DNA from: Pseudomonas fluorescens
GTDB lineage: Bacteria > Pseudomonadota > Alphaproteobacteria > UBA2136 > UBA6156
DNA: 23,583 nucleotides
Assembly: GCA_003241595.1 (NCBI GenBank)
Contig: QFOU01000018.1
Coordinates: forward strand, 1-23,583
Direction: 5' to 3'
Part shown: one piece after another, positions 23,520 through 23,583 of the stretch
Position numbering within the stretch: position 1 is the stretch's first letter
How the letters are laid out: each line of letters begins with the position of its first letter
Program-made: the position numbers and the translations under genes
The notes under the pieces: model-generated
What the model saw: the letters and a program-made list of their open reading frames with translations, nothing else
Database searches by the model: none
Told to the model about the DNA's origin: nothing

Positions 23520-23583
23520 GTCCGACCTCAGTTTGAGCGTTTCCCCAAACGGGGCTGCAAAGGTATTGAAGAAGGGGGAAAAG

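Noticed and set aside
1-23583. tRNA, rRNA, CRISPR, transposase/integrase and REP-family repeats
   Set aside because: No T-loop-like GGTTCGAATCC-type elements were found, no spaced direct-repeat arrays and no transposase or integrase-like ORFs. The terminator hairpins are mostly sequence-distinct apart from the pair noted.

Overview
This is a 23.6-kb GC-rich (roughly 58-60%) Gram-negative-type chromosomal segment, judged by lipobox lipoproteins, Shine-Dalgarno sites and many GC-stem/T-tract intrinsic terminators. The housekeeping backbone is prfA-prmC (1-nt ATG/TAA overlap), rpsU, a UbiG-like methyltransferase, a glutaredoxin, a class I CPD photolyase, ruvX/yqgF and gatC...gatA...gatB. Several accessory pieces with unusual composition or context are embedded in it. 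(a) At the 5' edge two translationally coupled GspG-like pseudopilin paralogs carry the DPWGN/DAWGN motif. The second is twice normal length and lacks the canonical G-1/E+5 prepilin cleavage motif. They are convergent with a flotillin (SPFH) gene. Nearby lie a secreted Cys/Gly/Trp/His-rich miniprotein and an orphan OmpR-type regulator. These are followed by an A24 prepilin peptidase and a zinc-finger J-domain protein. (b) A solitary VirB11/TrbB/CpaF-like hexameric secretion ATPase sits 7 kb away with no partner genes. (c) Downstream of it is a ~280-nt GC-rich, repeat-dense non-coding leader (candidate structured RNA). After that comes a two-gene cassette bracketed by near-twin terminators: a 135-aa unknown protein and a 315-aa protein with a degenerate Nudix box fused to a helical domain. 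(d) The gatCAB operon is interrupted by four guest genes: a canonical Nudix hydrolase, a WrbA-like flavodoxin, an NADPH-dependent FMN reductase and a strongly AT-rich 129-aa three-TM miniprotein abutting the gatB RBS. (e) Lower-GC unknown genes sit at 9205-9795 (with an in-frame TAG followed by a 45-codon open extension) and at 22713-23519. No rRNA, tRNA, CRISPR array, transposase or integrase was recognised. All calls come from reading the sequence and the ORF translations. No database search was run.
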